DNA of 64,000 bases from Raillietiella orientalis (GCA_036172245.1 JAYWIR010000015.1:124001-188000); one strand, 5' to 3'; numbered from the stretch's first letter, positions 1 to 14,700 are shown. Translations and numbers: made by a program. Notes: a model not told the origin generated them from the letters alone.

Positions 1-1300
1 AATTTGGCAGTTCTCATCGTGCACATGGATTCCAACAGGAAGTTCTGGATTCTATTGCATTCTAGACGAGAATGCAGTACGGTCATTCTTCTGCAAAGAA
101 GATTCGATGAAGGCGAGGTATGTAGTGAAATTTATAAGATTAGTGACAGAGCTAGCACTAACCATATCATGGATCGAGATCAGAGGGTTCCTCAAGTCTG
201 GGAAAGAACATACCGAAGAGACTCGTGGCAACCCTTGGTTAGGAATTTCGGTTTTTTCTTCATCAACTTTATCGATTTACAACAGCTGCACTTGATCTCT
301 GAGAAACGATACGTGAGATGACTGAATTCTTTCAAGTCGAAACGTGGAGATCACGCTTGGAAAGGGAATGCCCAATGTATTTTCGAAATAGGAGGGGAAG
401 CTTTTTGTTGATGTCTCACGTACTGCTCTATCTGTGGACGAATTAAAATACTCCAGTAGTAGTTCGAAGAAAGATCCGATAGTTGATCCAATCATTGAGC
501 AATGTTGCGAATTCTCCTAAGCCAGAGACTGTTGGGATTCAAATTCAAAGAGCAGAATTCTTTCGAGGAAAGTTGAAAACTCTGCGCTTGAGATTTTATA
601 TATAGGAAGCGATCAGGCCCTCAAATCTCGCGCTTAAGCAATGGTGATGTTGGTCTCCTCCGTGTGCAAACAAGTCTTTCTCTTTGGCACGAACTGCTGC
701 TTTTCAAGGATAAATCTATTTCTTGCATCCCACGATACAATACAAATCTGGAATGGTTGTCCCCGAAAAATGATCCCGTTCCATCCCAAACTGAGTAATG
801 CTTTTCAATGCTATCGCTCGAAGGAAACAGACGCCAACACATCGGGCGTCATCAGTTTGGACTCTTTGTGGAGCAGTGCCTTTTTCCGATCTCGTCTACG
901 CATTCTCAGTTGGCGGTTCTCTGCTGCTCTGAATGTCCCCTGAACGAGAAAAGCTCTTGTAAGAATTCTCATCACTCTTCACTTTAGATGCCCTCCTAAG
1001 AAGTAAAAAGGATTATCCCATCTTGGAGATCTTAAGGTGCCCGGATTTCCTGACTCTCAAAGACAGATGATCGCGGTGAGTGAGAGCTGCGTGCCGGAGC
1101 CAGTCTGGATTTTACTTGATTTTGCATGATGTTTGGCCAAAGGCAAGTCCTTTACCCCAAGGCATATGCAATAGAGGTGCCAAACGGGGAGAGATCTGGC
1201 GTCTCGCGTGTTCCACGTTCCGGAGGCACCACTTCTGTAGGGCAGCAGAGCACACCAGGAGGGAATGTCTCCAGCATAGCGTGGTTATGATCGGACTGCA
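1..1300 (+). mobile_element. Decayed 3' part of non-LTR retrotransposon ORF2 (post-RT / zf-RVT-like region)
   Basis: FWILLHSRRECSTVILLQRRFDEGEV (ORF 4..321) resembles the L1-type FIW...EGGLG segment. LWSSAFFRSRLRILSWR (ORF 641..943) resembles the zf-RVT lead-in. Broken by stops; boundaries approximate. Confidence 0.35.
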
Positions 1301-2897
1301 CATTCCTCCACCGTGATGAGAACCTAGAAGGGACCACGGGAAAACAAGACTTTAGGAGACTACGTGAGAGAGCAGAACAGGATCGAAAAGTACGAAGATG
1401 AAAACAGGAAGCAAGAAACAGATGGAAGACAGCGCACTGTTGCCGACGAAAAGTATACTTTCATCCTTACTTACAGAGGAGGGGAAGGCGGTAACCCACA
1501 GCCCCATAAGTGCGTGAGACATCCTGAGCTCGTTACCTGATCGCTGGGACGAACTTCAGCATAGTTCAGGAGATGATGAATAGCTCGGATGCGACACAAG
1601 GCAAAGAAGCGAGAATAAAAGAAAAAGGTGTTTACAAAAACAAAGGCTGCTCGAGATGCAAACTGAGAGTCTTAGAACGGGATGTGAGTACACGCTCAAC
1701 CTATCTCTGGAGAGCTACAAAGGCAAGACACGCCAAGACCTATTACGATGTGTGGTGAGCAGATACTTAAGGGTGGGAAGGCAAGCAGAGGTGAAGAAAA
1801 CTAGGAAAGGGGAGAGATACCCTCTGGGAGGAAAATATTAAAAGCGGAAAAGTCAAAGGAACATTTTGCACGAAATGTTTTCGTTTAGATGAACCATCTC
1901 ATTGCTGGTCGGATTGAGGAAAATGGAAATCTAAGCCTTATGATGCTGTGGCTCTTTTTAGGAACCTGAACGTCGCACGCATGAGTGACCGTTAGGAACC
2001 TCTTCCCTGAACTCTAATTGTTCCTAATCACAGATGATTTACATCAAAAGAGATCTGTTGTTTAAGTAACGTTTTTCTAACTATAAGATTCTCAACGAAT
2101 GCATCCCGTAGGGAATGATCGAAGATCCTGAGATATGTAAATATTATGCATGCCTTTCCTCTTCGAATTACCATCGATATGCGGCATTTTTATCAGCAGT
2201 TAACATGTGATTCAAACTTACTATCGAAAAAAAAAATGAACCAAACATGCAAAAAATTCATAAACGGTAGGATTTTCCTTGGAAGCCGGGCCCCGAGCAC
2301 TGAGTACAGAAGACTCATCCAGCAAAAATCATTTTTGTTCTTGTATTGTGTCGTTTTTTAAGAAAGGGTGTTTTTTCCTGAGGAGCAACTCAGCTAGAAG
2401 GCGCTTTCATTTTCGAGGTATCTTCAAGGCTAGTTCTTTGCCCAGTAGGCTCCTCAGTGGCATCATCACCTGGATAGGGAAATTTGGTCACAACGCGAAA
2501 TGAAAATGTCCCTAAAATCCTTCAAAATCCGAATAAACGAGGCAAAAAACAGGCGTGTTTGCCAGGAGTCTTGCTCGGACACAATTAAGGTTTTACTCTT
2601 GCATTTCTTCGTGATCGGCTCTGAACTTCCGGGACAGACTATCGCTTCAACAGATTCAGTGAACAGAGCGGAAACACTGGGAGATCATTTTTTAGTCGGT
2701 AAAGAAAAAATGGATACGCACAAAGCAAAACTCCACAATCGCTACATCTGTTTTCCTGTTGCTGTTCCATCCCAAGCAGGATCTGCTGTTTTATTCCCAG
2801 TGGTTGTCATCGAAGCATGCAAACGGGAATCGTCTTTCCTGTCGGGAGTCGAGTAGAGTTGAAAGATAGGCGAAAAGAAGAAAAAATAAGTAATCAA

Positions 2898-2901
<4 letters not shown>

Positions 2902-2938
<37 letters not shown>
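2902..2938. repeat. (TG)n microsatellite, about 18 units
   Basis: Uninterrupted TG run seen directly. Confidence 0.98.
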
Positions 2939-2941
<3 letters not shown>

Positions 2942-3899
2942 TCACACAGTACATTATTCACACGCTGTTGCTACAGATAAAATCCTGTATCTTTGAGACA
3001 ACAAGTCCTCTCATCTGTCCTTCAGCTTTTCTTTTTCCGGCTTCTTATGAGAGGGGATATGACGCTGCAGCTCGCTCTCGCCGTTACCAGATTCCGCGCG
3101 CAGCCCCGAGTCTGATTACTTTTAAGAGGAATTTACCATCGTGTATCCAGCAGCTTCCGCCAGATTGGAATTCGAAAGAGTAAGGACTCGCCCTCTTGGC
3201 AGAAAGGATGCATCTTGCTGAATCGTCAGATACAGCGTCGAGAAGCAAGAGTGAGTTCTTTTCAACACTGGGGGGGAAATCCAGGTACTCTGTTCTGGTT
3301 TCCGACTTCTGAATGCAGAAGCTGGAGACCACTCTGTCTCACTATTTTAACCTTTCGAGAACTCAGAATGTGACCAGGACTTTTTCGACGACTTGAATGT
3401 GAGTCACATGGTTCCAAGCAGAAGTCACAGGACTATGATAAAAAAATTTCAGGATGAGAATGTAGGCTAGAGGAATAGGGATCCGAGATGGATCCGGATG
3501 GATCCTTCCCTAGGACATTGCGCAACGGAGTGTGCTTATCACAACTTGAATCAAAGACGATGTGAACGGCGGACATCCCCGATAGCTGTTTTCGATACTC
3601 CCAGCCTCAGTCCTGCAAGGATTAAGGGCTGATTGCGAGCACCAGGAACCATATCGAGGTGATCCCGTAGAACCTACAACAACATGGGTGTATGAGTCAC
3701 GCCTGGTGATTCACAAGCTGGACTTAAGCTGAACTTGCCAGGTCCAGAGCAACATGTGAGCACTCGAAAATACACCGAGGCATCCCGGGATCTGTTTATC
3801 GGAATAAGAAGTGAAACGTTTGTCAGAGAAGCAACAAGAATCAGCTAGAAATGAATGTGCAGGCCAAACGATGATTCATGCGTAATGAAAGGAGTGTCT

Positions 3900-6800
3900 T
3901 GCGTAGATGGAAAGAAACATCATCATCAACTCATCAAGTCCCTAAGACTTTGAGAACTTTGTAATTGACGTTGTAATTCTAACTGAGCTGCCACAAGTAT
4001 CCGTCATTTGGGAATTAATGCTGCTGCTGCTGTCTTCTGAGACGCTTTTCGCATCTCTTATCCCTCTCCAGAAGCGATGAATTTGTTATACTGTTCTGTT
4101 TCCTCTCAAGGCACTCTATTCCGCTGTCAGTTTGCTAAAAAACTTGCCAAATGACTGTTTTGACGGTGGAGCATGAAAGCAATTATCATCGAAAGATTCA
4201 CACCAACTAATGGGGTTCCAAGGGAGCGAAAACATAGGGCAGGCAGGAATTCATCATTTCTTGTCATGTTCATTTCTTTTCTTCCTACACTTCCTTTTCA
4301 TCGCCTCCTGCCCTGCAAAAAAGAAAAACTGTCACCTGCCTGAAGAGCAGTAGCAAGGCAGGCAAAGAGACAAGAAGACCTTATGAGATTGTGATCGTGC
4401 TGCGTGTCCCTTCACCCGAAGTCAGTTGTGGCAATGATTAATTAAGCCTCATGTTAAAAACATCAAGAAACGCAGACAGCCTTGGATGACTGAGGATCAA
4501 GGAGTGAAATTTTTTTTTTAAAGCTTCGTTCCAGTCCTCCAGAGTAGAACTCGCGACTACATACTGAAAACAAGACCGAAGAATCTGACTGCACGAGTGG
4601 AGCTCAGCATCCCAAAAGAAATAAGACACTCAGCTCGTTGCAGTGAGACGGGGAGTCTGATGATCAGTCGTCAAAGCGGATTTCGGATCAACATGAGCAG
4701 CCCTTTCGGAAATACTGACAGACCAGTACTTTTCTCCTGAAACGTCCCCGCGAGAACTCGAGAAGGAGACGGCAGCACCAAAACAATGTTTTATTTGGCT
4801 CCTTTTCTTCGAGTTATTTTCTTGACCACTGAGACGAACAGCAGCAAACAGCGTGAGCATCGGGAGACTGGCACAGGTTTGCAGCGAAGAAGCGGTTAAG
4901 CTTGCAGAAATTTCGGACGTTGGCCGGAAATCAACATGAAATGCTTTCCACCAGCTTTATATTGGTCTCCCAGCAATCCAAGCCCTCCCCCCAACCTTCC
5001 TTTCTGAGGGACAGCGAATAAGTAGGCATGACCGTGTGATGGGAACGATCAGCCTCCGGTTTGTTCCTAAACAACAGAATTTTTTTCCATCCCTTCCAGT
5101 TTCGCCAACGACGGGAAGAAAGCTTCACTTTCAACTTAAGCTTTTCAGTTTTCAGAAATTTCTAAGAAGGATCTCGTGCAGGCTTCACCAATCAAATGAA
5201 GGCTTCCGAGCAAACCCTCGGGAGCAATTGAAGCCCTGCGAATCCTTTAAAAGTTGCGCAACGCGTTGAGTTGCATCTTTCGATGACCTCATCGTCAGAT
5301 GTGCTTCTAACTTTATTATTCGTTTGTCAGATGTTCCGAGAAAGAAAGGAACAAATATGAAATCTTCCAAGTTTCCAGAATTACTACATAGGCTAAGGGA
5401 ATGTTGAGAATACGCTAAAAGCAGCACATCAGAGCCAGTTAAGTGTAGAGGATAAAGTTGCACAAATGGGTCTTCTAGAAGAACTTGGACCTGGAATTAC
5501 CTCTTATGGCATAATAAAAAAAATCACTAGCAGAAGCAGGTGCTCTTAGTAACAAAAAGAAAGGTGATTGCTGGCAGCTCGAGCTAACAGAGAGGATGCA
5601 TAAAAGCAATCGCGCTGTTTCTATTGACCTAAGCGAAATCCTTATCCAGAGATGAAGTGGCGAGCGAAAATCAATGGAGACCATCACAGTCTGGAACAAA
5701 CAGCTTAGAAAAGCTCAAAGAACTCCTTGCCTATTCAACCAAACTCACTCACGAAGTGGTTTCCATAACATCCCAATTAAAATGTTCAAAATACGACTCA
5801 CTGCACGTTGACTATGATCCTGATATTACAAAAGATAAAATAAAACAAAGGGAACATTCCATAAGGTATGCAGACTCTTCGGCGAAAATGTAGATAGACT
5901 AATCATTGGAAAACAGAAGAACGATAAAGAGACTAATATGCAGAAGGTTGCTACTCAAAAGTGGACTGAACTTTTGTCGGTGTGTTTTCAGCAAATAGGC
6001 GTTGCCATCCCATATGAGATCATCGCTCTTGGCGCGCGCTCATTGAGAAACGGAAAGGCATAATTTGACATCCGTAAAAATTTGGTTCTTCGAAGAAACC
6101 CAAGTGGAACGTCAAGAAGGAACGAACAGGAGACAGTAGCGACTTTTTATTCGAGCTCGAACTGAGATGAAGCCGAAAGATGGTCAACTGAGATCCATGG
6201 CTCGCTGCCAACCACAAGAAAGGGTACAAGTTCCCTGTCACTCATTCATAGGGATGATTCTGGACTCCTTTATTTCACTCTAAAATTCCTTTACAGTTTA
6301 AACTTCTTGCAGGTGTAGAATCTATGGTTAATAGGCGCTTCTTTGCCTCGCTGGAAGAGCGAATTCGGTGTTTCCTTCCGCTATTTGGAAGCAAAATGCA
6401 GCCTGAATTTTATTCAAGAGCATAATTGATCTTTCAGCAGGACTTTAGTACCAGAGCGATTTCCACGGAAATTCATCCTGTGATAAAAAGATCAACTTCC
6501 GACGTTCGGGTCTGCGTTTCTAAGATGGATCACCAGTTTGCTCTTAGAGAGATTGTCACCCCACAACTGGATCCTTAACGTAGACAGCAAAGTTCGTCTT
6601 TGAAGAATGTTATAGGAAGGATCCGAGGAGACATCACAACAGATCTCTTTTCGTGTCTTCCACAGCACTGTCGCAGTAACACTGAGACTGCGCTCTCGAC
6701 ACTCCTGCGTGATCTCTCGTCCATAACCTTCTTTCCGTTTTAGGACTGGCGTTTGCGTAGCCCACAAGCAAACGTGGGAGTTGCCAACCTCTAACTACCA

Positions 6801-7800
6801 CCTGCTTTATTCGGAGAAATGAAAACAAACTTTCCGTGGAGCACGATCTCCAAACCTAGACTCACTGACGCAGTTATTATCTCCGTAAACATCACAATGC
6901 TCGAAATTTCTACGTGCTTCTTCGTCAGTTCTCCAGGTTTTGGAGAATACCTCAGTCACGTGGAACTGCTTCCTGTGTTAAATTTAGATGGGGTACGATC
7001 GTTGACTTTCAAACAGAGTGTCCACTGGAGTTGTGTGTTTTTTTTTTTAGAACAGAGCAGTTATGGATAAAGAGCTCGTGTCCTATCACTGTTAGGGAGG
7101 ACCAAACGCATTCCTGCACCTTTCGCGAGAATAACAATTCGCCACTTCTTCAGTGTATTCAAAGGTTTTGCTTTTTACTACCTATGCAGTGTCACTGAGT
7201 AGGAGTGTTGCAAGCGACACGCACCATCCGCTATGAACAGAAGCGAACAAATGAAGAACATCCTAGAATCACATCATGGAAGAGACCTATTCCATGTCGT
7301 CATTAATCTTCAGCTGGTTAAGTATCTAGTAAAATACTCAACTTTTGCAGCTTCTCCTTTGCAAGTCTTTAAGGAACATCACGGTGGATCCACTGAGATG
7401 CCTTGCATTATCGCACCATCCACATGCGAGAGGCTGATAATGAGCTAGCACAGATACAAGAGAGAAAATTTTTGCATCGCCCTTCAGCTGATTTGCACCG
7501 AGACATTTGGACCGGGATGCGCAAGACGCAGACGGTGTGAACTGCGCTCGTTTCACTCGCCTTTCGCGTTGTTTCTTTGAGAAAGTTCGAAGGCATTGAC
7601 GTCTGCATCGAAGGATATATTAACTGGAATTCAAAATGGCAGAACAATCTTTTGATAAAAGCAGAGACTCCTAAGACGCCTGACAAGCAATTTAACAGAG
7701 CTTCTTATCTTCTGCTTCGAGCTTTGATCTTCTTGTGTGTATCCTCCTCTTTAATACTCTACCAACTAAGCTCCGTCTGTCCATAAATTAACCGGAAGAA
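3900..7800 (+). mobile_element. Highly decayed LINE ORF2 (APE endonuclease + RT remnants)
   Basis: Degenerate motifs occur in the expected order: IDVVILTEL (~3964, APE DxxxLxE-like), NQWRP (~5670, RT NWRPI-like), a QGD-like segment (~6110-6150) and LIHRDD (~6241, YADD position). Many frameshifts. Confidence 0.35.
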
Positions 7801-8540
7801 GAAGAAGCAGAGTTCTTTTATAGTCAATCTTCGTGAATGGCGGATCTTCCTGATAAACGAACGAAAATGCTCACCATAAGATAAGAGGAACCAGAGCAAG
7901 GGGTTTCAGGTTAAGTCCACGCACTTCGCGGAGCTGTTAAGTGCTGCTTCTTCCTGAGCATGCAATGCAGAGATTTGCTGGAGCTGAACTTGAGCTGAAG
8001 GACGAGACCGTACCTCGCCCAAGAGCGCGTCCAACGAGCCTTACTTTCTACGGTGCCACATGGTGAGAAGACGTTGATTCGACTTTTGGAGGACGATTTC
8101 GTTCCGAATGCGTCGAGAAAAGTCCAGCTCCTGCAAGCGCTCTTCAGGAGATCACAACCGAAATCGAAGAGTTACTGAGTCATAGTGACAGAGTGGACGG
8201 AGAAGTTCTTCTTTCATGATGGTTTCGCCGGTTCGATCTTTTCTGGATAAAAAAAGAAAGGAATGTTGCTCTTCTTGATGAACTGATCCCCCCTATGTCG
8301 AAGAGTTTCTGGAGATTGGACATTTCCCAGATTTAGGTCCAGGAGGAGTGAGATTCGCCTGAGTTAATAACTAACTGCCATTTTCTTGTTGAATAATTTC
8401 TGTTTATCCCTCCGGGAACCTCCGAAGTATTAAAAGCGTTTCATTCCGAGGAGACGCAATCCTGAAGCTCTTTCGCTTACTTGCGCCCACGAGGCATCTT
8501 GTAGAACGGTGGGGCGACGTTGCATTCCAGGTTTCACTGA

Positions 8541-9150
8541 TCGGGGCTGGGTTTCGAGTCTGCTCAGCAGGATGACGCTGGTTGGCCAATAGGCTCCGGG
8601 TGCGGCATTGCTGTATGTCAGAAACTCCCAGATGCCCCCGTTGACCGGTGGGGATTAGAAGTTCCAGGAACTTTCCAGGAATCCAGGAACTCAGGGCTTG
8701 GTTCGGGGTTCCTGGATTCTCTTCGGGGTTCCCCTCCGGTCGCGAAAATGAAGCCGTCCTCCCCTTCGTGGTGAGACCCTTCATCACCTTCCATGGAGCT
8801 GGTTGGTAGCTCTCCAGAGTGGAAGAAGAGCGCTGCTCCCTCTGGGAAGCGCCCTTCAGAGAAATCCGGAAGCGTCCTTTCAAGGTTTTCCTTCAGGTTA
8901 GGAAAACCAGGAGCGGTTCCCTTGCGGATTCCATGCCCTTTGGAGCAGAAATTCCAGGAGCAGATCCTTTCCGGGTTTACCCCTCCAAAGAGAATTAGAA
9001 GGTATCCTTGGGGATCTCCCACCAAGCACAAGCGGAACGGAGAACTTCCTCTGGAATCTTCCTGGATTCATAGGGTGGTCCTCCCAGGGTGTACTTCCTA
9101 ACTTGACGAGTTGTACGCACCCTCGGGTGGCGCGAAACGGTGTTAAGGGA
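8541..9150 (+). mobile_element. SINE-like family A, long form, 5'-truncated copy
   Basis: Collinear with 21215-21960 and 25105-25820. Shares the CAGGA.G..GCTGGTTGGCC core and 3' CACCCTCGGGTGGCG (9118-9132). No A/B boxes remain. Confidence 0.75.
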
Positions 9151-10029
9151 AAGAACAGGGAGAGGACTATGAGAAGACGAGCAGGATGAGAGTTGCATCG
9201 ATATCAGCCTCAGCGCTGGGGTTGCAGCTGGAGCGAATGGACCGTTCAAGGTGTATAAGGGAACCGATCAGCGATCGCAGCCTCCACGCGGGCTTCCAGA
9301 ACGGAGAAAATCTCAACAGGGAACCGGAATTTTAGGGTCTTCCAGCTGCATGCAAGGTGGTCATTGGATGCTGGAGGGCTGGAGGAGGAGAGTGAAGGCG
9401 GGCAATAAAAATGGAACCCAGGGCTTTCCGGAATTGCTGGGAGAGATCGACCAGCAGGATATCCCAATTCAAGGAGCCGCACCAAAGCGGGTGGAGGTAA
9501 AAGAAAGGGGGGGGGGAAGGGGGGCAGTATAGACTGGGTTTTCCTTCCGGAGGAAACTTTCAACGTGTTGATTGGGGCTTCGAGTTTTCGCACCTCTCAT
9601 CGACCGTGCTCGGTCACTTCTCCAAGGCTTCTCTTCCAGTTCAGTCGAACGTGCTCCGTGCTTGGCTCCACAACAGCTTGATTCACGTCTTCCTCCTTCA
9701 TCCGGGCGTCACCCAGCCTCGTGCTCCCAAGACGCCCTCAACTCCTTGACGAGAGGAATCTTGCTCCAGACTGGAATTTCCCACCATTCGGAGGATGCCT
9801 CCACAAAGCACATTCTTGCTCTTGGGGGTTGTTCTTATTAAGGAGGGTCCCCATCTGCCTTTTTTTTCCTAAAGGAATTTGTTTCGGTGTGTGTGTGTTT
9901 TTTTTCGGGAAGAGGGAACGGATGTCTTTACGAACGTTCCTCCGGATGCCAGGGACATTTCTGCAACATCCGGAACACGTGTGCCCTCCTTTACGTTTTC
10001 CTTTCGTTGAGAAGAAGATGAAAGATGAA

Positions 10030-13000
10030 GTCTACGCATCCCCATCAGATCTCCTGGGTGTCACTTCTTTTCTGCTGGCTATCTGGAGCGGTCCTCGCAT
10101 AGTTCTTTCATGCGACAGTTTCTTCTCCTGTTCTTGTCCTCGCGGCAGCGTGCCAGGCTGTACATTGTACACAGACTCTCCCGAGACTCCGGTACGACTG
10201 GACCAGGTAGAGTTCAAATCACGTGAAAGGTGGGGACTCGTCTGCAGCAGAATCTCGGTTCCTGAATTCTGCCTGCTCCCCGCTGCACTGCAGTCCTTGC
10301 TCGCAGCACTTTCAGAGGCCATGCCTGCGGAGTTCCGCAGAATCCTCTGCGCCACTGCCTAAGTTCCTCCATCGCACTTCGGAACTGCACCACTTCGGCG
10401 TGCCCTCATCTTCTCGCATCCTCTTCATGATTCAGAGTCCTAAGAGACCAAAAAAATCGCCTCTCTTCACCACCCCTCCCCTCCCCCGCACCCGGAGTTC
10501 CGATAGCGGCGGAAGCGCTGGTTTCCTGGAGCGGCCGACAGTCGCTCCTCCGGTCTGCTTCGTGACATCACGCGCTTCCGTCGGTGGGCCGGGAAGCGAC
10601 TCACTGCACGGCTCCATAATCCTGCTGTTGATGCGAGAGGCATTCGCGCAGTTGCTCAGTTCCTCATGCACCCCATCCACATCACCACTTTCGAAGTCGG
10701 GCCTGTGATCTTCAGCCGCAAGGCCGAAGGGGCCTCCCCCTGCTCCTCCAGTGTAATGGCTCAAGAACGGGGAGCCCCTTCCGCCTACCCAGTCGGGGAC
10801 CTGCACAGTCCTTGACACTGGCACTCTCTCCTTCGTCCGGGCGTAGAAACACGAAGAAAGAGCGAGACTGAGGAACTTGACTGGTGAGAGGCCAGGAACG
10901 CTGCGGGAGTCTCTGGGAGCCGAAGTGCCACGCTGACGGTGCATGCAGACCTCCAGGGTGATGACACCATGCTGAAGTGCTCGCCTCCGCGTGGATGCCC
11001 CAAGCCAAAGACGCGGTGGATGATCGATCCCCAAGGGACCCTCATGATTCCAGCCGCAAGCCTCGGAATCCTCGCCAAACGCCTCGAGTCGAGACGCCGG
11101 CTGGAGACGGACGGAGGTCGTTGCCAAGCCACCGTTGCGAATTTGCATCGACGTTGCGCTCTCCCCGGTGAGCCAGCTCATCCCGCGGAGGCTTCCAGAG
11201 GATTTTCGAAGCAGCCACGAGCGAGCTGGGCAGCGTGGAGCCGCCTGTTCCGTATCGAGAAGGGCACCAGAGAGTGCGAGGAGGATGACGGCATGATGGA
11301 GATCCCTGCGCGGGTACCGCACGAGCCTTTTCCTGTGACGAGCTGCTTGCTCCCATACGGACGGGAGGAGCCCCTCTCCAGAGCAGAGGACGGGAGAACG
11401 GTCCTGGCAGGCCAGGAGAAGACTGACAGAGCGATCCGTGAGCGGTGGCAGTCCACGAGCGGCAGAGATCGGGTGGCTCCCGGTCCCAGAATGACGGATT
11501 CCGGCAGAATAAAAGGAGGCGTTGCCCACCGAGAGAGAATTTCGAGGCTCCCTGGAAGAGAGGCGGGATCGAACGGACGGAGGCCATTTCTTGGAACCCT
11601 GAGGGAGGAAGGGGGGGAAGAAGACGAAGGAACGGGGCGACAATGATCCTTGGTCTGGACACTCCGGAGAGCGAACCGGCGCCTGCCGCCCTAAGGCGAT
11701 GGCGATCGCGGAAGGGAGATTTGTGCACCGAAGAAGGGCAAGTCCTCTGGACCGAAAGGGGAAAGCCGAAACAGCACAGCTGAGGAAGGAGCGCGGAACA
11801 TTCCTCGAGCTGCGCGGGATTCCGAGATGAGAGATAAGGGGAGCTGTTGCTTATCCGGGATGGGGAGGGGGGGGAGCGGTGGCGCAGCTCGAAAATGAAG
11901 ACTCGACAGCGCGAGGGGTGAAGGGGAACGGTCTCCCGAAGAAGAGGTGCAGACGCGAGTCGAAGAGCGTGGAGAGACTCTGATTCTGCCAAGTGCGGGT
12001 CAGGCTTCGAGGGGCGGGGTGAGGGACGCCCATCCTCGGAAATTCGTTGCGAGTGTGAAGCTGCGGGAACTGGTGCTGGCACGTGCCTTCGAGGAACGGA
12101 AGGGGCCGCGTGCACAAGGACACGAGGTCCAGGAGGAAGAACCACGGAATATTCGGATGATTTCGGAGACGGGAAACGGCGGCTGATCTCAAGGGCGCTC
12201 GTTGGAAGCAGGGGCGGATTCAGGTTCGGGCGTGTGGCGCTCCTCCCCTTTTTGTTTTTGTTTTTCATGGCAGCAGTCGTACTGACCAAGCTGGTTGCTG
12301 CCTTCGGGAGCTTCTCGGTCCGCGGACTCCAGATGGCCCCTGCATCGCGGGTTGCCTCGTTCTCCGCCGTTGCCTCCACCGCTGCCTTCCCGAAAGCTCT
12401 CCTTCTCCTCCTCTTTCTCCCTCTCTATTACCTCGACTGCTTGATCTCTCACGGGAGCGCGGCCTACCCATGCACCCTCGGGCAGAGCTCGTCGCAGCAG
12501 CCGACGGACGGTCTCAGAGATCCAAATTTCCCGAGTCCCAGCTGATTCCTGGGAGACGGCAGGGAGCGGCTTGCATACTTGGTGGATCCGTTGGAATCGG
12601 GCCGGAGACCCACCATAGCAGGGAACCTACCTGCTTTCCTCGTGGATCTCGTTCTTCCTCACCAGAAATCGCCTCGGACGGAGATGTGGTTTCCCGAGCT
12701 TTTTCTCTTGGACGTGCTTCCTCGCTCCTCTGCAAGGAACTGTGCCTCCCCCTCCCGCATCGCTGCCCTGAGCGTTCTTCGTGTTCCCCAAAAACGAGGC
12801 ACCAGGAAAGCAGCCATTACAGCCTGCTCGCTGCAGTTTCCAGGCATTGGCAAGCTGAAGAAGGGTAAATAAAGACGATGCAGTCGCCTCGAGGGAGCAT
12901 CCAGAGCGTGCGCGCCAGCGCCGTGCCTCACCGTGCATGGATGGAAGTTTCTAGCCTTCCCCTCCATCTCTCAGGAACCTCCAGCTTGTTGTCACCTTGC

Positions 13001-14700
13001 CAACGATTTGTTCCAAAGATTCCACGCGCTCCCCGATAAGGTCACTGCTTTCTCGGGGAAGGGATGCGGTAACTCCTGTCTTCTTGTCAAGGCACTTCGA
13101 TCCTGAATTAGCCAACTCAAAGCGACTCCTCTCAAAGCAACAGAACGCTCACAAATGATCACCAGGTACTCGCGGTAGCCTCATCATTACGTTCGGCGTC
13201 CACCATTCTCCTGTGCGCTTGTGTGCTGAGCCGCGGCTTTGCCACTAGGCGTGCCGAATCGAAATTGCCTTCGACACGAGGTTCCGTTTGAGCAAGACAC
13301 TGCCTCTTGGAAATGCAGAAAGGCTCGATAGAGCTCCACGAGACGTGCAATCAGTACTCAGGTATCTCCTGGAGCACCTCGAATCCAAACCTAGACCGAA
13401 GCCTCAGGAACAAGAAGATACCGATGAGAAAAAGGAGGAGGAGGAAGACTCCGCCGTGAGTCCCGAAGAAGAGGACTCGTGCCCTGAGGTGCTGCGGCGT
13501 TTCCTTCCGGATCGGCCTGCCGCCACTCACCTTGAAGAAGGGAGCTGTGCAGCAAACGCCCAATGACCCTCGAGGTGACACGCGGCACGTCGCGACGAAG
13601 ATCCCTCGACGGATGCTCACGATTGATGGATGATGTCCACGCCGAAGGCATTTATTGTAGAAATGGATTTTAGCAATAAGCACTCAAATGAAGCTTTTTC
13701 TCCGTCTTCGGAGTTCAATCTCGCTAATTCGTCAAGGAAGATATCGCCGCTGGGGCGCAGTCTCCTGACGAGGACCACAGGGGAAGAAACAAGAGGAAAA
13801 GAGATAAACAAAAAATACAGAAAAGTCAAACAAAAAGCTCCGAAGTGTTTGCCAGAGCGAGGGAAGGAGGCATCCTTCATGGAGTTCTTTGCATCCTCCC
13901 AAGGATGACGGCAAGCTCCTCGTGGTTGTGATTCAAGCGTGGCCATCTCACCGCGATCCTCGGGAAGGAGGATACGAGGGAGGGAGATGGCGTCAGAGGT
14001 CCTTCTGCCTCTATCGTCGGGGCTCTTGACCGCTACATTTCCACACATGAAGCGCGAAGCTGCTTTCGCCGCAGCAACCGATGTGTCGCCATGCGTGGAA
14101 GGCAGTCTGAATGGGACCTCACGGTGGTCTTCTGGGAAGTTGAGGGACGTGATCAAGCGTTCCCACTCATCGGAGGGCAACACAGCGGCAAGGTTGCGGC
14201 AAGGTTTCCCTTTCACCACCGCTGGCACAGTCTGGGGTTACGGTTTCCCTGGTCCAGTGTCGGAGTGTGCGTTTCATGGGATGGCCCGGTGCAGGAGTTG
14301 CAGCGCCGATCCCTGCCACTTGAAAGAAAGCACGGAACTACCCTTAAAGACCGCAGGGATCTCCCACTTCATCCAACGGGATTCCATGGTGATCCTCCTA
14401 TAGGAAAAGTCCTTTGGGGAGGGTGGTGGGGGTGGAAGCGTCAGCCAGTTGATGCGCCGTCCAACAGCCCAGCAGCTTTTTCCATCCTGAATGCTGCAGG
14501 GTGCCCACCAGCTTGCAGGCTGGTTGCCATCGATGTTCTGTAGGAGCTGCAGCGCTCCGGCAAGCAGTGTTTCTTCAGCCCATGAGGTCTTCCTTAGGTT
14601 CTCGGTCGTTTCCTGCAACGAGCAGCGAGCGTGTCTGGAACGCAGCGGACTTTGACCTCCAGGCCCGCTCCGTTTACCTCCGCCCACGTCTGAGCTGCTT
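10030..14700 (-). mobile_element. Decayed L1/Tx1-like LINE (ORF1 with zinc-knuckle remnant, ORF2 APE + RT)
   Basis: Motifs on the minus strand, in order: CNSCTGPSHETHTP at 14302-14261 (CCHC knuckle, last C lost), ISVRGDFW at ~12670 (APE GDFN-like), VPVSRTVQ...GSPFL, GLAAED (YADD position), ASRINSR and FGLLG (YLG position). The last four lie within ORF 10432..11643. Confidence 0.6.

Noticed and set aside
11042..12379. 445-aa ORF as an intact gene
   Set aside because: It is Ser/Pro/Arg-rich, lies within a decayed LINE and has no coherent domain.
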